This document shows, in pieces, positions 9,696 to 17,936 of a stretch of 64,000 bases of DNA. A program made the position numbers and the translations under genes. Source of the stretch: an uncultured delta proteobacterium (lineage in GTDB: Bacteria; Desulfobacterota; Binatia; DP-6); the NCBI GenBank assembly GCA_963815115.1, contig CAWFFN010000005.1, positions 160,001-224,000 of the forward strand. The letters run 5' to 3'. The notes under the pieces are model-generated. The model saw nothing but the letters and a program-made list of their open reading frames with translations, ran no database searches and was not told where the DNA came from. The first letter of the stretch is position 1, and each line of letters opens with the position of its first letter.

Positions 9696-9710
9696 GCGCG
9701 CTGCGCGGCT

Positions 9711-9908
9711 CTAGTGCGCAAGCAGTACCCGCTCGGAGGAGTTGTACTCGTCCAGCGCCTTTAGAACGTCCTCGCCCGTGCTTCGGAGAGCAAGCTGGCA
9801 GGCGCGCGCGATTGTTCGATCCCATAGAGGAAGGAACCTTGGGGCGAGAAGATGGAGGCATTTGGCGGCCAGTCGCTCAGCGATACGCACGCTCAGCACC
9901 CTTGACAA
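9711..9908 (-). pseudogene. Possible gene fragment
   Basis: Short AT-richer ORF with a protein-like core AAKCLHLLAPRFLPLWD; no clear start or RBS. Confidence 0.3.
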
Positions 9909-9975
9909 TCAAGCCCGCTCGCCGAGCGAACTATGCGAGAGGCAGCGACGAACCGCCCATCGGTGCGCGAGCCGC

Positions 9976-10617
9976 TCAGGCCGCCTCCGGTCCGCGCCAG
10001 TCGAACGGGAAGTGCTTGCTCGACTTGCCGCTGCGGTCCCACTTGAAGCCGAAGCCGTCGGCGCGGTCCGTCGTGGCGACGCCCCAGGTGGCGACCTGCC
10101 CCGGGCCGACTTCCGCGCCCGGCGCGTTGTGCACCTGCACGCGCCGGCCCGGTGGCGTGGTCGGCCCGGTGAGCGCCTGCGCCTCGCCGAGCGCGATGCC
10201 GGGGATTTCAACGCGCCAGCTCGACAGGTCATCGGCGACCTCGAAGTCGATGTGGGCCAGCGCGGTGCCGCGTACCGTTTCGACAAGGCCGGCGAAGCCG
10301 GCCATCCAGCCCCCGGCCTGCCCGCCCCAGATGGCCTGGAGGGCCTGCTGCTGCTCGGCGCTGGCGCTGTCGTCGATGTAGAACGCCATCTGCGCCTTCG
10401 CGCCGGCCCAGATGTTGCCGGTGAAGCTCGACAGCGCCACCACGCTGAGCCCCGACAGGGCGACCGCGCCGTAGTGGCCTTGGTCGATGTGCCAGGCCAG
10501 GATGCCGTCGCAGGTGTTGTCGGTCGGCGGCTGCGCAAACGTGCAAGGGCACGGGATGTTGCACTTGCAGACGTCGAACCAGTCGCCCTTCAAGTGCCAC
10601 TGCGGAACGTCGGCCAT
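9976..10617 (-). CDS. DUF1326 domain protein
   Basis: W-x3-G-x4-C-x-C-x3-CPC-x8-C signature, HIDQGHYG and YIDDSA. Confidence 0.88.
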   Translation of the reverse strand: MADVPQWHLKGDWFDVCKCNIPCPCTFAQPPTDNTCDGILAWHIDQGHYGAVALSGLSVVALSSFTGNIWAGAKAQMAFYIDDSASAEQQQALQAIWGGQAGGWMAGFAGLVETVRGTALAHIDFEVADDLSSWRVEIPGIALGEAQALTGPTTPPGRRVQVHNAPGAEVGPGQVATWGVATTDRADGFGFKWDRSGKSSKHFPFDWRGPEAA

Positions 10618-10719
10618 CGCGGGCCTCCCTTCAGCGCCTGATAGAGCGGCCACGCTAGCCGATCGAAATCGGTCCTTTCAAGGCTTGGGGCACGAAGGCT
10701 CGGCTCATCGCGCCGCAAT

Positions 10720-10990
10720 TCACCAGATGCTCACCCGCTGCTGCGGCGGCAAGTGCATCACATCGCCCGGCTTGGCGCCGAAGGCTTCGTAGAACGTATG
10801 CAGGTTCGGCAGCACGCCGTTGACGCGAAACTCCCCGGCGAGTGGACGCCCTCCTTGACCGTCTCGACCAGGTCCTCGTTCCTCCACTTGATTCGCCAGA
10901 TACGCGCCCACCCGTGGAAGAAGCGCTGGTCGCTGCTCAGGCCGCCGAGGTGCAAGCTGGGGTTCACCCTTCCGCCGTGCAGCGTGGTGA
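10720..10990 (-). pseudogene. C-terminal remnant of an M13 (PepO/neprilysin) metallopeptidase
   Basis: DQRFFHGWARIWR..VHSPG in one frame and EFRVNGVLPNL..FYEAFG..P.QRVSIW in another. The N-terminal part, including HExxH, is absent. Confidence 0.8.
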
Positions 10991-11221
10991 AGCGGACCGC
11001 CTCCATTGAACCGGCCGACCTGCCGCCGTTCACGAACCAGTCCGCTCCCTGTCCGCGCTGCGGTTGCCGTTCCCCATTCGGGTGCACTTCGACCGCGACT
11101 GCGCGCGGGCGCGCGCCGATTTCGATCGGCCGTCCCCGTGCGCCGCGGAGTGGATCGAGCGCCGCCCCGCGCTCGCCGAGACGTGCGGGCAAGCGGGTCG
11201 CGTTGTGGGCGCCGGGACAGC

Positions 11222-11242
11222 TCGGGGACACTTCGGGGACAC
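11222..11242. repeat. Tandem direct repeat TCGGGGACAC x2 (integrase arm-site-like)
   Basis: Copies at 11222-11231 and 11233-11242, about 50 bp downstream of the tRNA 3' end. Confidence 0.55.
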
Positions 11243-11292
11243 GCGGTGGCCTAGCTTGCTAATCATCGCGCGCAAGGCCACGAATTTTCGAA

Positions 11293-11376
11293 TGCCGAGG
11301 AGGGGAATCGAACCCCTAAGGGCGTGAGCCCGGGCGATTTTGAGTCGCCTGCGTCTGCCAGTTCCGCCACCTCGGC
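11293..11376 (-). tRNA. tRNA-Leu(CAA)
   Basis: GCCGAGG acceptor stem, D-loop GGAACTGGCAGAC, anticodon arm GGCGA-CTCAAAA-TCGCC, long variable arm and GGTTCGATTCC T-loop. CCA is not encoded. Confidence 0.96.
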
Positions 11377-11393
11377 GTTTGTGCGGGATGAGG

Positions 11394-11423
11394 AACCTAC
11401 GGCGGTCCTGCCGTCCGGTGCAA
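11394..11423 (-). promoter_or_regulatory. Putative sigma70 promoter of tRNA-Leu
   Basis: TTGCAC-N18-TAGGTT on the minus strand just upstream of the tRNA. Confidence 0.4.
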
Positions 11424-11778
11424 CCCCGGAGTCGGCCCGTATGCCTTCCTGATCGAGACCGAGCCTCCGGATCCCGGGACAGTCATCGGCGCTAGGAAGA
11501 TGTCGGCGTATCCCTGCTGCCTTTTGGATCTCACGCCACGATGCCACGCATGCGGGCATGATCTCTACTATCGGCACGGTCGGCACGTTCGCGTAGGTTG
11601 GTTTCGCCCGAGGGGCGCGTCGAGGCTTCCCACCGTTCGTCCCTGCGCGCTGCCCCCGCCTCTGAACGCGCGGGCGCCGGCCGGGGCAGGAAGGGGTCTA
11701 CGACCGCTCGGCGGACCGCAAGAAAGGGGGGTAGCCCCGCAGGAAGGTCCGTGCTACCTCGGGTCAGGAGGATCGGCC

Positions 11779-11976
11779 GTGGCACCTCGCAGCAGTTCCG
11801 CATCCGCCGGCGACGCGAGCCCCGAGCCCCTCGTAAACCTGAACGCCCGCGTACCCAAGCATCTGTGGCGACGGGTACGTTTGCGCTGCCTCGAAGAGGG
11901 CCGCCTTCTTCGTGCCTTCATCACCGAGGCCCTGCAGGAGCATCTCCGGGCCCGCGCGCGCGGCCGGCGACACTAG
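11779..11976 (+). CDS. Small ribbon-helix-helix DNA-binding protein
   Basis: AGGAGG RBS and GTG start. LVNLNARVPKHLWRRVRL..LRAFITEALQEHL fits beta-alpha-alpha. Confidence 0.65.
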   Translation: MAPRSSSASAGDASPEPLVNLNARVPKHLWRRVRLRCLEEGRLLRAFITEALQEHLRARARGRRH

Positions 11977-12053
11977 CGCTCCGCTTCCATAGCGCGACGC
12001 ACGCAACGTCGCGAGCGCACCGGCCGGCGCGGCGCACCGCCTTGCGCGCGGCG

Positions 12054-12755
12054 CTACGGCGTCTGGTCGGCGGGACCGCCGCCGCGGCGGCGATCGGCGG
12101 CGAGCGCCGACGGAACCAGCTCGGGCCCCGGTTTGCTGTCGATCTTGTGCACCGCCGTCTGCGCCAGGGCGCGCAGCGTCGGGTCGCTGCCTTCATCCAC
12201 GATCCGCCGCAGCGGGCCGAGCGCATCCTTGTCGCCGATGTCGCCGAGGGCAAAGATGGCGTTGCCGCGCAGGCCACGGTCGCCGTCGCGAGCGAGGAAG
12301 TCGAGGATCGGTTTGGTCGCTCGCGGATCGCCGATCTTGCCGAGCGCCACCAGGATGTGCTGCTTCGTCGTCGTCTCGGTGCCGCGCATGAAGAGCTGCT
12401 GGACGAGCGGACCGACGGAGTCCTTGGCGTGCATGTTGCCGAGCACGTCGACGGCCTTCAGGCGAATGGCCATGTCGGGATCGTTGGCGGCCTGCAGCAG
12501 GTAGCCGACGGCCTTCGCCTCGTCGTCCGTCTGGCCGAGCTGCTGCACGCCTTCGAGACGGCTGGCCTGGTCGTCGGAGTTGAAGTTGCGCAGCGCCTCG
12601 TCCAGCTTGATCTTGGACTGGGCCTTCGCGCCCGGCGCGCTCAGCTTGTCGCGCAGCTGCCCGCGGTTGTTCTGGTCCTGCGGGCTGAAGTTCAACTGTG
12701 CCTGCGCGAGCGCTGGAACGAGCAGCACGAGAAGCGCGGGGAGCCGGCGCAGCAT
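12054..12755 (-). CDS. Exported HEAT-repeat protein
   Basis: Signal peptide ending ALAQA; repeated R..A..ALG.IGD..A..PL units. Confidence 0.85.
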   Translation of the reverse strand: MLRRLPALLVLLVPALAQAQLNFSPQDQNNRGQLRDKLSAPGAKAQSKIKLDEALRNFNSDDQASRLEGVQQLGQTDDEAKAVGYLLQAANDPDMAIRLKAVDVLGNMHAKDSVGPLVQQLFMRGTETTTKQHILVALGKIGDPRATKPILDFLARDGDRGLRGNAIFALGDIGDKDALGPLRRIVDEGSDPTLRALAQTAVHKIDSKPGPELVPSALAADRRRGGGPADQTP

Positions 12756-12858
12756 GGAGGTGGGGAGTGTTCCCGAAGGCGGCGCAGATTGCAAACGTCG
12801 AGCGGGTACCTTTCGCGACGTGCGGGCGGTCTGCTAGAAGGCGCCGGCGGAGGTGGAG

Positions 12859-13341
12859 ATGGGTTGGACGGCGGTGCTCCGGGGTGTGGGGCGGCTGCTC
12901 GACGCGAGCGGTCTCGAGGACCTGTTCGACGGCTCCGACGATGAGGTCTCCGACCTCTACGCCGTCCTTGCCGACATCGCCCTCGGCCCTCGCGGCCGGC
13001 GCTATACGACGGTGTGCTGGGCAGCTCGTCGCCGCGGGGTGACGCCGTCATACGTGTGCGACCGGGCCGCGACCCTGCTGGCCGCGCTCGACGCGCGCCG
13101 GCGGACCGATCTCTACCGGCTGCTGGGGGTCACCCCCCTGGCGTCTCCCGAGGAGCTGGCTGGCCGCTGGCACGAGCTGCTGCGGAGCGGGCATCCGCGA
13201 GTGGGAGGCGATCCGGCGCGGTTCCGGGATGCAAAGGAAGCCTGGGAAGTGCTCGGCCATCCGCAGCGCCGCGCCGAGTACGAACGCTGGTGGGTGCAGG
13301 CGCTCGCTCCCTTCCAGCGGGTTCCCGGGGCGAGCGCCTAG
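12859..13341 (+). CDS. J-domain (DnaJ-like) protein with HPR in place of HPD
   Basis: DLYRLLGV..HPRVGGD..F..KEAWEVLGHPQRRAEYE. Confidence 0.75.
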   Translation: MGWTAVLRGVGRLLDASGLEDLFDGSDDEVSDLYAVLADIALGPRGRRYTTVCWAARRRGVTPSYVCDRAATLLAALDARRRTDLYRLLGVTPLASPEELAGRWHELLRSGHPRVGGDPARFRDAKEAWEVLGHPQRRAEYERWWVQALAPFQRVPGASA

Positions 13342-13543
13342 GAGCGCGACCGAGACGGAGGGCGAGAATCAGACTCGATGAACCGTGTGTTCGTCGTACC
13401 GCGAGCGGCGAAGCCGCCGCGGCAAACGTTCCGGAGGACGGGCCGGCTTTGCCGGCCGCGGCACGTCGTCCGCTCGATTCGCCGAACGCCACCCGCGCGC
13501 CTCCGCTTTCGACCCGAGACAGAGTCTCGGGTCGCGCTCCTAG
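13338..13543. mobile_element. MITE/REPIN-like element, copy B (complete)
   Basis: Perfect 14-bp terminal inverted repeat CTAGGAGCGCGACC...GGTCGCGCTCCTAG with internal hairpins; homologous to 61609-61770 (inverted) and 15899-16177. Confidence 0.8.
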
Positions 13544-14214
13544 TCGAGGGCCCCGGAGGCGGGTTCCTCGGGGCGGATCACGAGGCGTGGCGGAGGTCCG
13601 GCCGGAACCGCGCCTCCCGTGTCGCGGGCCAGGGCCGCTTCCCAGGCCGCGGTGGCCGCCACGAGCTGCTCGACGTCGGCCCAGGGCAGGGTGCCGGCGG
13701 GGCTTCCGGCGAGCCGGGCGCGGCCCTCGCGCATCAGGGTGCGAGCCCCGCGCGGATTCCCGTGTGCCAGGTGATGGAAGGCAACCGCCACCTGGATGAG
13801 GCCCTGCAACGCCTGACGGCGGGCGCCGCCCTCGCGCTGCCACACGGCTTCGAGGACCTCGTGCACCTCGAAGAAGAGCTCCTGCTCCCAGAGCGCGCCC
13901 GCCTGCACGATGGCGCGCCCGACCGGGTCCGCGTGCCTGCCGTCGCGCGCGCGGTGCGCCGTCGCCGCGCGCAACCCCCGCTCGGCGTGCGCTCGCACGG
14001 CCGCATCCCAGGGCGCATGCACCGCGAGCAGGCTGCTGCCGCCCGGATCGACCAGATGAACCGCGGCGAGTCGGCGCGCGGCGGCGGCGGAAGGCTGCTC
14101 GTCCGGTGCTGCGAGCCACGCGAGCGCGGCGAGCGAGTCGTCTCCCTCGAGAGCACTACACACCAGATCCGCGAGCGCGTTGCGCAGCGGGAGCGGGAAG
14201 CCGGGAGTTGCCAT
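13540..14214 (-). CDS. DUF309 domain protein
   Basis: FFEVHEVLEAVW..LQGLIQVAVAFHH..GN.RGA. Confidence 0.88.
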   Translation of the reverse strand: MATPGFPLPLRNALADLVCSALEGDDSLAALAWLAAPDEQPSAAAARRLAAVHLVDPGGSSLLAVHAPWDAAVRAHAERGLRAATAHRARDGRHADPVGRAIVQAGALWEQELFFEVHEVLEAVWQREGGARRQALQGLIQVAVAFHHLAHGNPRGARTLMREGRARLAGSPAGTLPWADVEQLVAATAAWEAALARDTGGAVPAGPPPRLVIRPEEPASGALD

Positions 14215-14265
14215 GACGTTCTCGGTCGCGGCGTGCCGAGGACTGTGGTAGCAGGCCGGAGCGCC

Positions 14266-15126
14266 GTGGGTCACGTCTACACCGGACAGATACGCGTTCG
14301 CCATGATGAGCTCGATGCGTTCGGGCGGGTGCATCCGTCGGCGTATCTGCGTCACCTGGCGCAGATCGCGATCGACGCCAGCAGCGCAGTCGGCTTCGAC
14401 GCGCGCTGGTACGAAGCGGCGGGGGCACACTGGCTGGTGCGGCGAACGACCTTCGAGCTGCTCCGGCCGGCTCGTGCCGAGGCGGCGCTCGACGTTCGCA
14501 CTTGGGTCGAGGACTTCCGGCGCGTGCGCTCGCGCCGGCGCTACGAGGTCGCCGAGCCGCACGGGACGCTCGCCCTCACGGCCGTCACCGACTGGGTCTT
14601 CGTCGACCTGGCCAGCGGGCGGCCGCGACGTGTCCCGGCAGAGATGGAGCGGCTCTTCGGGGTCGAGGTCAAGTCGGGCGCGGCTCGTCCGGCGTGGCGC
14701 GCGCCCGCGCCCCCGCCGAACCCCGGGCGCAGCACCTACCGCGCGCGCTGGGCCGAGCTCGACGCCCTGGGGCACATGAACAACGCGGCCTACCTCGATC
14801 TGCTGATCCAGGCCACGCTCGACGTGCTCGCCGGCCTCGGCTGGCCGATCGAGCGGCTCTCGGTCGATGGCGCGGTCCCGCTCGTGACCGGGGGCGACGT
14901 CGAGTATCTCGACGAGGTGCGCCACGACGATCGTCTCGAGACCTGCACGTGGTTCACGCCCGCGTCGCACGGTCTCGACGTCCACCAGCGCACCGTACGG
15001 CTCGCGGACGGCCGTGCCGTGGTGCAGGCGAACACGGCGTGGCGCTGGGCCGATGCGGTGAGCGACGCACCCGCCGAGCCACCACGCGAGGTGCGCTCCG
15101 CCCTGCGCCCCCTCCTGGCGGCGTAG
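14266..15126 (+). CDS. Double-hotdog acyl-ACP/acyl-CoA thioesterase
   Basis: VRHDELDAFGRV in the first domain and ELDALGHMNNAAY in the second; GTG start assumed. Confidence 0.85.
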   Translation: MGHVYTGQIRVRHDELDAFGRVHPSAYLRHLAQIAIDASSAVGFDARWYEAAGAHWLVRRTTFELLRPARAEAALDVRTWVEDFRRVRSRRRYEVAEPHGTLALTAVTDWVFVDLASGRPRRVPAEMERLFGVEVKSGAARPAWRAPAPPPNPGRSTYRARWAELDALGHMNNAAYLDLLIQATLDVLAGLGWPIERLSVDGAVPLVTGGDVEYLDEVRHDDRLETCTWFTPASHGLDVHQRTVRLADGRAVVQANTAWRWADAVSDAPAEPPREVRSALRPLLAA

Positions 15127-15137
15127 CGGGAGCGGAG

Positions 15138-15902
15138 GTGTCGCCGCCGCTCGCCGACCGCGTCGGAGTGGTCACTGGCGCTTCGTCCGGGATCGGCGCC
15201 GCCACCGCCGTGGCGCTCGCAGAGGCTGGCATGACCGTCGTGCTGGGCGCCCGTCGCGCCGACGCGCTCGCGGCGGTGCGAGATCGGATCCGGCAGGCCG
15301 GCGGTCGGGCGGAGGCCATCGCGACCGACCTGCGCGATCCCGATCAGGTCACCGCACTGGTGAACGCAGCCGTCGACCGATTCGGGCGGCTCGACGCGCT
15401 CGTGAACAATGCGGCCATCGGATATCTCCGGCCGATCGCGGAGGGCCGGATCGACGAGTGGCGCGCCGTCCTCGACACCAACGTGCTCGGGACGCTGGTC
15501 GCGTGCCGCGCGGCGCTCGACCACATGGTGCGCCGCGGGCGAGGGGACATCGTGATGATGGGGTCGGCCGCCGCGAACGAGCCGTGGCCCTATCTCGGCG
15601 TGTACGCCGCGTCGAAGGCGGCCATCCTGGCGCTGGCGCGCAGCCTGCGCGCGGAGGTGGCGGCGCGCGGCATTCGTGTGATGACGGTGGAAATCCACAA
15701 CGTCGGCGGCACGGGATTTGCCGAGAACTTCGATCCCGCGCTGCTGCCGGCCGCCCTGAAGCGCTGGGCGGAGCTCGGAGTTCTCAACCCGCAGGCGCCG
15801 ACCATCACCCCGGAGGCCGTGGCGCGAGCCGTGGTCTTCCAGCTCGCCCAGGCGGAGCCGGCGAGCATCCACTCGGTCGTGATCCGCTCGCGCGAAAATT
15901 AG
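15138..15902 (+). CDS. Short-chain dehydrogenase/reductase
   Basis: VTGASSGIG, NNAA and YAASK motifs. Confidence 0.92.
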   Translation: MSPPLADRVGVVTGASSGIGAATAVALAEAGMTVVLGARRADALAAVRDRIRQAGGRAEAIATDLRDPDQVTALVNAAVDRFGRLDALVNNAAIGYLRPIAEGRIDEWRAVLDTNVLGTLVACRAALDHMVRRGRGDIVMMGSAAANEPWPYLGVYAASKAAILALARSLRAEVAARGIRVMTVEIHNVGGTGFAENFDPALLPAALKRWAELGVLNPQAPTITPEAVARAVVFQLAQAEPASIHSVVIRSREN

Positions 15903-16177
15903 AGTCCGTCCCGAGACTTCGTCTCGGGACGGAGAGCGAGCGTGAGGCGTCATGAACAGTGCGGACGTCGTGCCGCGGGCGGCGAAGCCGCCGCGGCAGA
16001 CGTGCCGGAGCATGAACGGCGGCATGCTGGCAGGCGGGCTCAGGACGGATGGGCGGGAGCCGCGGTTGTGTCCACGTTTTGCCGCGCCGGCTTTGCCGGC
16101 CGCGGCACGGCGTTCGCCGGATCGCGGAACGCCCCACCCTCGCCTCCGCTCTCGACCCGAGACGGAGTCTCGGGTCG
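15899..16177. mobile_element. MITE/REPIN-like element, copy C (diverged, longer spacer)
   Basis: Starts at TTAG. Terminal hairpins TCCGTCCCGAGAC-TTC-GTCTCGGGACGGA and CGACCCGAGAC-GGA-GTCTCGGGTCG, plus two inverted GCCGCG..GGC-(G/A)AA-GCC..CGCGGCA modules. Confidence 0.72.
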
Positions 16178-16684
16178 TTCGGGGATGAGCTCGCGACACC
16201 GCGCGAGCCAGCGGAGGTGGGCTTCGGCGTGTCCCAGCGCCGCCTCGTGGGCCATGCGTCGTGTGACGGAGGAGCCCGCGCGCGCATCCTCCTCGTGAAT
16301 CAGGGCGAGATAGCGCCGGTACTCGGCCTCCTGACGGTCGAGCTGCGAACGGACGGCTTCCGGCCCGTGACGCTCCGCCGCGAGGAAACGGACGAATATC
16401 TCGTCGCGGATTGGCGGCGGCCAGCTCGGCCGGCGGTCCAGCCAGAGGCGAAGCGCGCGCTCCCCGCGCTCGGTCAAACGAAACCGGCGGCGGGATCGGG
16501 TGCCATGCAGCTCGTCGCGCCGGGCGATCAACCTGCGCCGCTCGAGGTCGTGCAGCAGCTGGTAGACCTGGCCGATGTTGGGATGCCAGAACGGGCCGAG
16601 ACGCTGTCCGAAACGCTTCAGCAGCTGATATCCATGCGCCTCGCCGTCGGCCAGCAGCGCGAGCAACGCGTAGCGTAGCGGCAT
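16040..16684 (-). CDS. PadR family transcriptional regulator (with Vir_act_alpha_C-like domain)
   Basis: LRYALLALL..HGYQL..GQVYQLLHDLE..LTERGERAL. Confidence 0.93.
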   Translation of the reverse strand: MPLRYALLALLADGEAHGYQLLKRFGQRLGPFWHPNIGQVYQLLHDLERRRLIARRDELHGTRSRRRFRLTERGERALRLWLDRRPSWPPPIRDEIFVRFLAAERHGPEAVRSQLDRQEAEYRRYLALIHEEDARAGSSVTRRMAHEAALGHAEAHLRWLARCRELIPERPETPSRVESGGEGGAFRDPANAVPRPAKPARQNVDTTAAPAHPS

Positions 16685-16873
16685 GCCTCACCCTCCCTGC
16701 GCGGGCCTGCGAGGGCCGTGCCAGCGCGCGGATGCCCGATTGTCGGACCATTGGCCGCCGGGCCCGTATGCTCCCCTTCACGGGAACGCGGACTCCTTCG
16801 AGATGCGGTGAGTCCCGCGGCTCCCGGGGCTTCACGCAGCACGCGGTCTGTACCCTGGGTAAGGAAGTTTTCA

Positions 16874-16904
16874 TTGACGGCGGCAGGAGTGGCTGTGCTA
16901 AGAG
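16874..16904 (+). promoter_or_regulatory. Putative promoter of the cytochrome-like/DUF1800/DUF1501 operon
   Basis: TTGACG at 16874 followed by TGTGCTAAGA shortly before the ATG; the -10 match is weak. Confidence 0.3.
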
Positions 16905-16912
16905 ACGGCCCG

Positions 16913-17905
16913 ATGCGAGGGGGATCCCGGTCGCTCGCGATCGTCGCGGGTGTGTGGCTCGCGACAGCGACGGCGGCCAGCGCCCAGGAACTCATCACCG
17001 TCACCATCGGTGGCGGCGGCAGCTCGAAGACCGACTGCCTCCTGGTGCTGCAGGCCCCCGCCAACGACCCGCCCACCAAGCCGAAGAAGGTGACCTGCAC
17101 CGACGGCGACACGAGCTGCGACCACGACGGGATCGTGAACGGCGTGTGCGAGTTCCAGGTGGCGGCGTGCGCCAACAGCACGTTCGATCCCGACCGGTGC
17201 ACGCTCGCCGGCGTCCGCTCGGTCACCGTCGATCACGCGCAGGACAACGGCGATCCCAAGTTCGACACCGAGTTCCAGGCGCTGCAGTCGCGCATCACGG
17301 GGCGGTTCGATCTTCCCACCGAGACCACTCCCGACCTCTGCACCTCCCCGACCAACATCCACGTCGTGCTCCAGGGGCCGTTCCCGGGCGACGTGTGCAA
17401 GCGGTCGAGGAAGGAGATCAAGATCGTCACCCTGTCGACGTTCCAGCAGGGCAAGTCCTACAAGGATACGGACAAGCTCCAGCTCACCTGCAACCCGCCG
17501 CCCGGTGCGTGCGACCCGCAAGTCATCTTCCCCAACGGCACCTTCGAACGCATCCAGCGGCAGATCTTCAGCCAGAACTGCGCGCTGAGCGGCTGCCACG
17601 ACTCGCAGACCCACGCCGGCAACCAGATACTCGAGTCCGGAACCGCCTACGATGCCATCGTCGACGTCGTGCCGAACAACCAGGCGGCCGCCGGCCTCGG
17701 GTGGCTGCGGATCGACGGGACGAACCGCAGCGCCGACACCAGCTTCATGTACCACAAGCTGACGGGCGATCTCCCGGACAAGACCGCGTTCGGGGAGCGC
17801 ATGCCGCGCGGGCGCGGCAAGCTCGACCAGTTCCTGATCGACATCCTGAAGCTCTGGATCGAAGCGGGGGCGCCCCGGACGACCTGGGTCCCCGGAACCG
17901 ACTGA
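16913..17905 (+). CDS. Secreted Cys-rich protein with C-terminal cytochrome c-like domain (CxxxxCH)
   Basis: Signal peptide ending ASA, a CTDGDTSCDHDG..C..C domain, then CALSGCH..ERMP..ILKLWIEAGA. Confidence 0.75.
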   Translation: MRGGSRSLAIVAGVWLATATAASAQELITVTIGGGGSSKTDCLLVLQAPANDPPTKPKKVTCTDGDTSCDHDGIVNGVCEFQVAACANSTFDPDRCTLAGVRSVTVDHAQDNGDPKFDTEFQALQSRITGRFDLPTETTPDLCTSPTNIHVVLQGPFPGDVCKRSRKEIKIVTLSTFQQGKSYKDTDKLQLTCNPPPGACDPQVIFPNGTFERIQRQIFSQNCALSGCHDSQTHAGNQILESGTAYDAIVDVVPNNQAAAGLGWLRIDGTNRSADTSFMYHKLTGDLPDKTAFGERMPRGRGKLDQFLIDILKLWIEAGAPRTTWVPGTD

Positions 17906-17936
17906 GACGGCGGATCGCCGCGCCGGAGGACCACCC

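Noticed and set aside
13378-14265. 582-aa ORF starting MNRVFVVPRAAKPPRQ, with similar peptides at 15952 and in copy D
   Set aside because: The peptide similarity comes from the DNA repeat itself. The long ORF runs antisense through the DUF309 gene before reaching the real thioesterase start, and nothing indicates it is translated.
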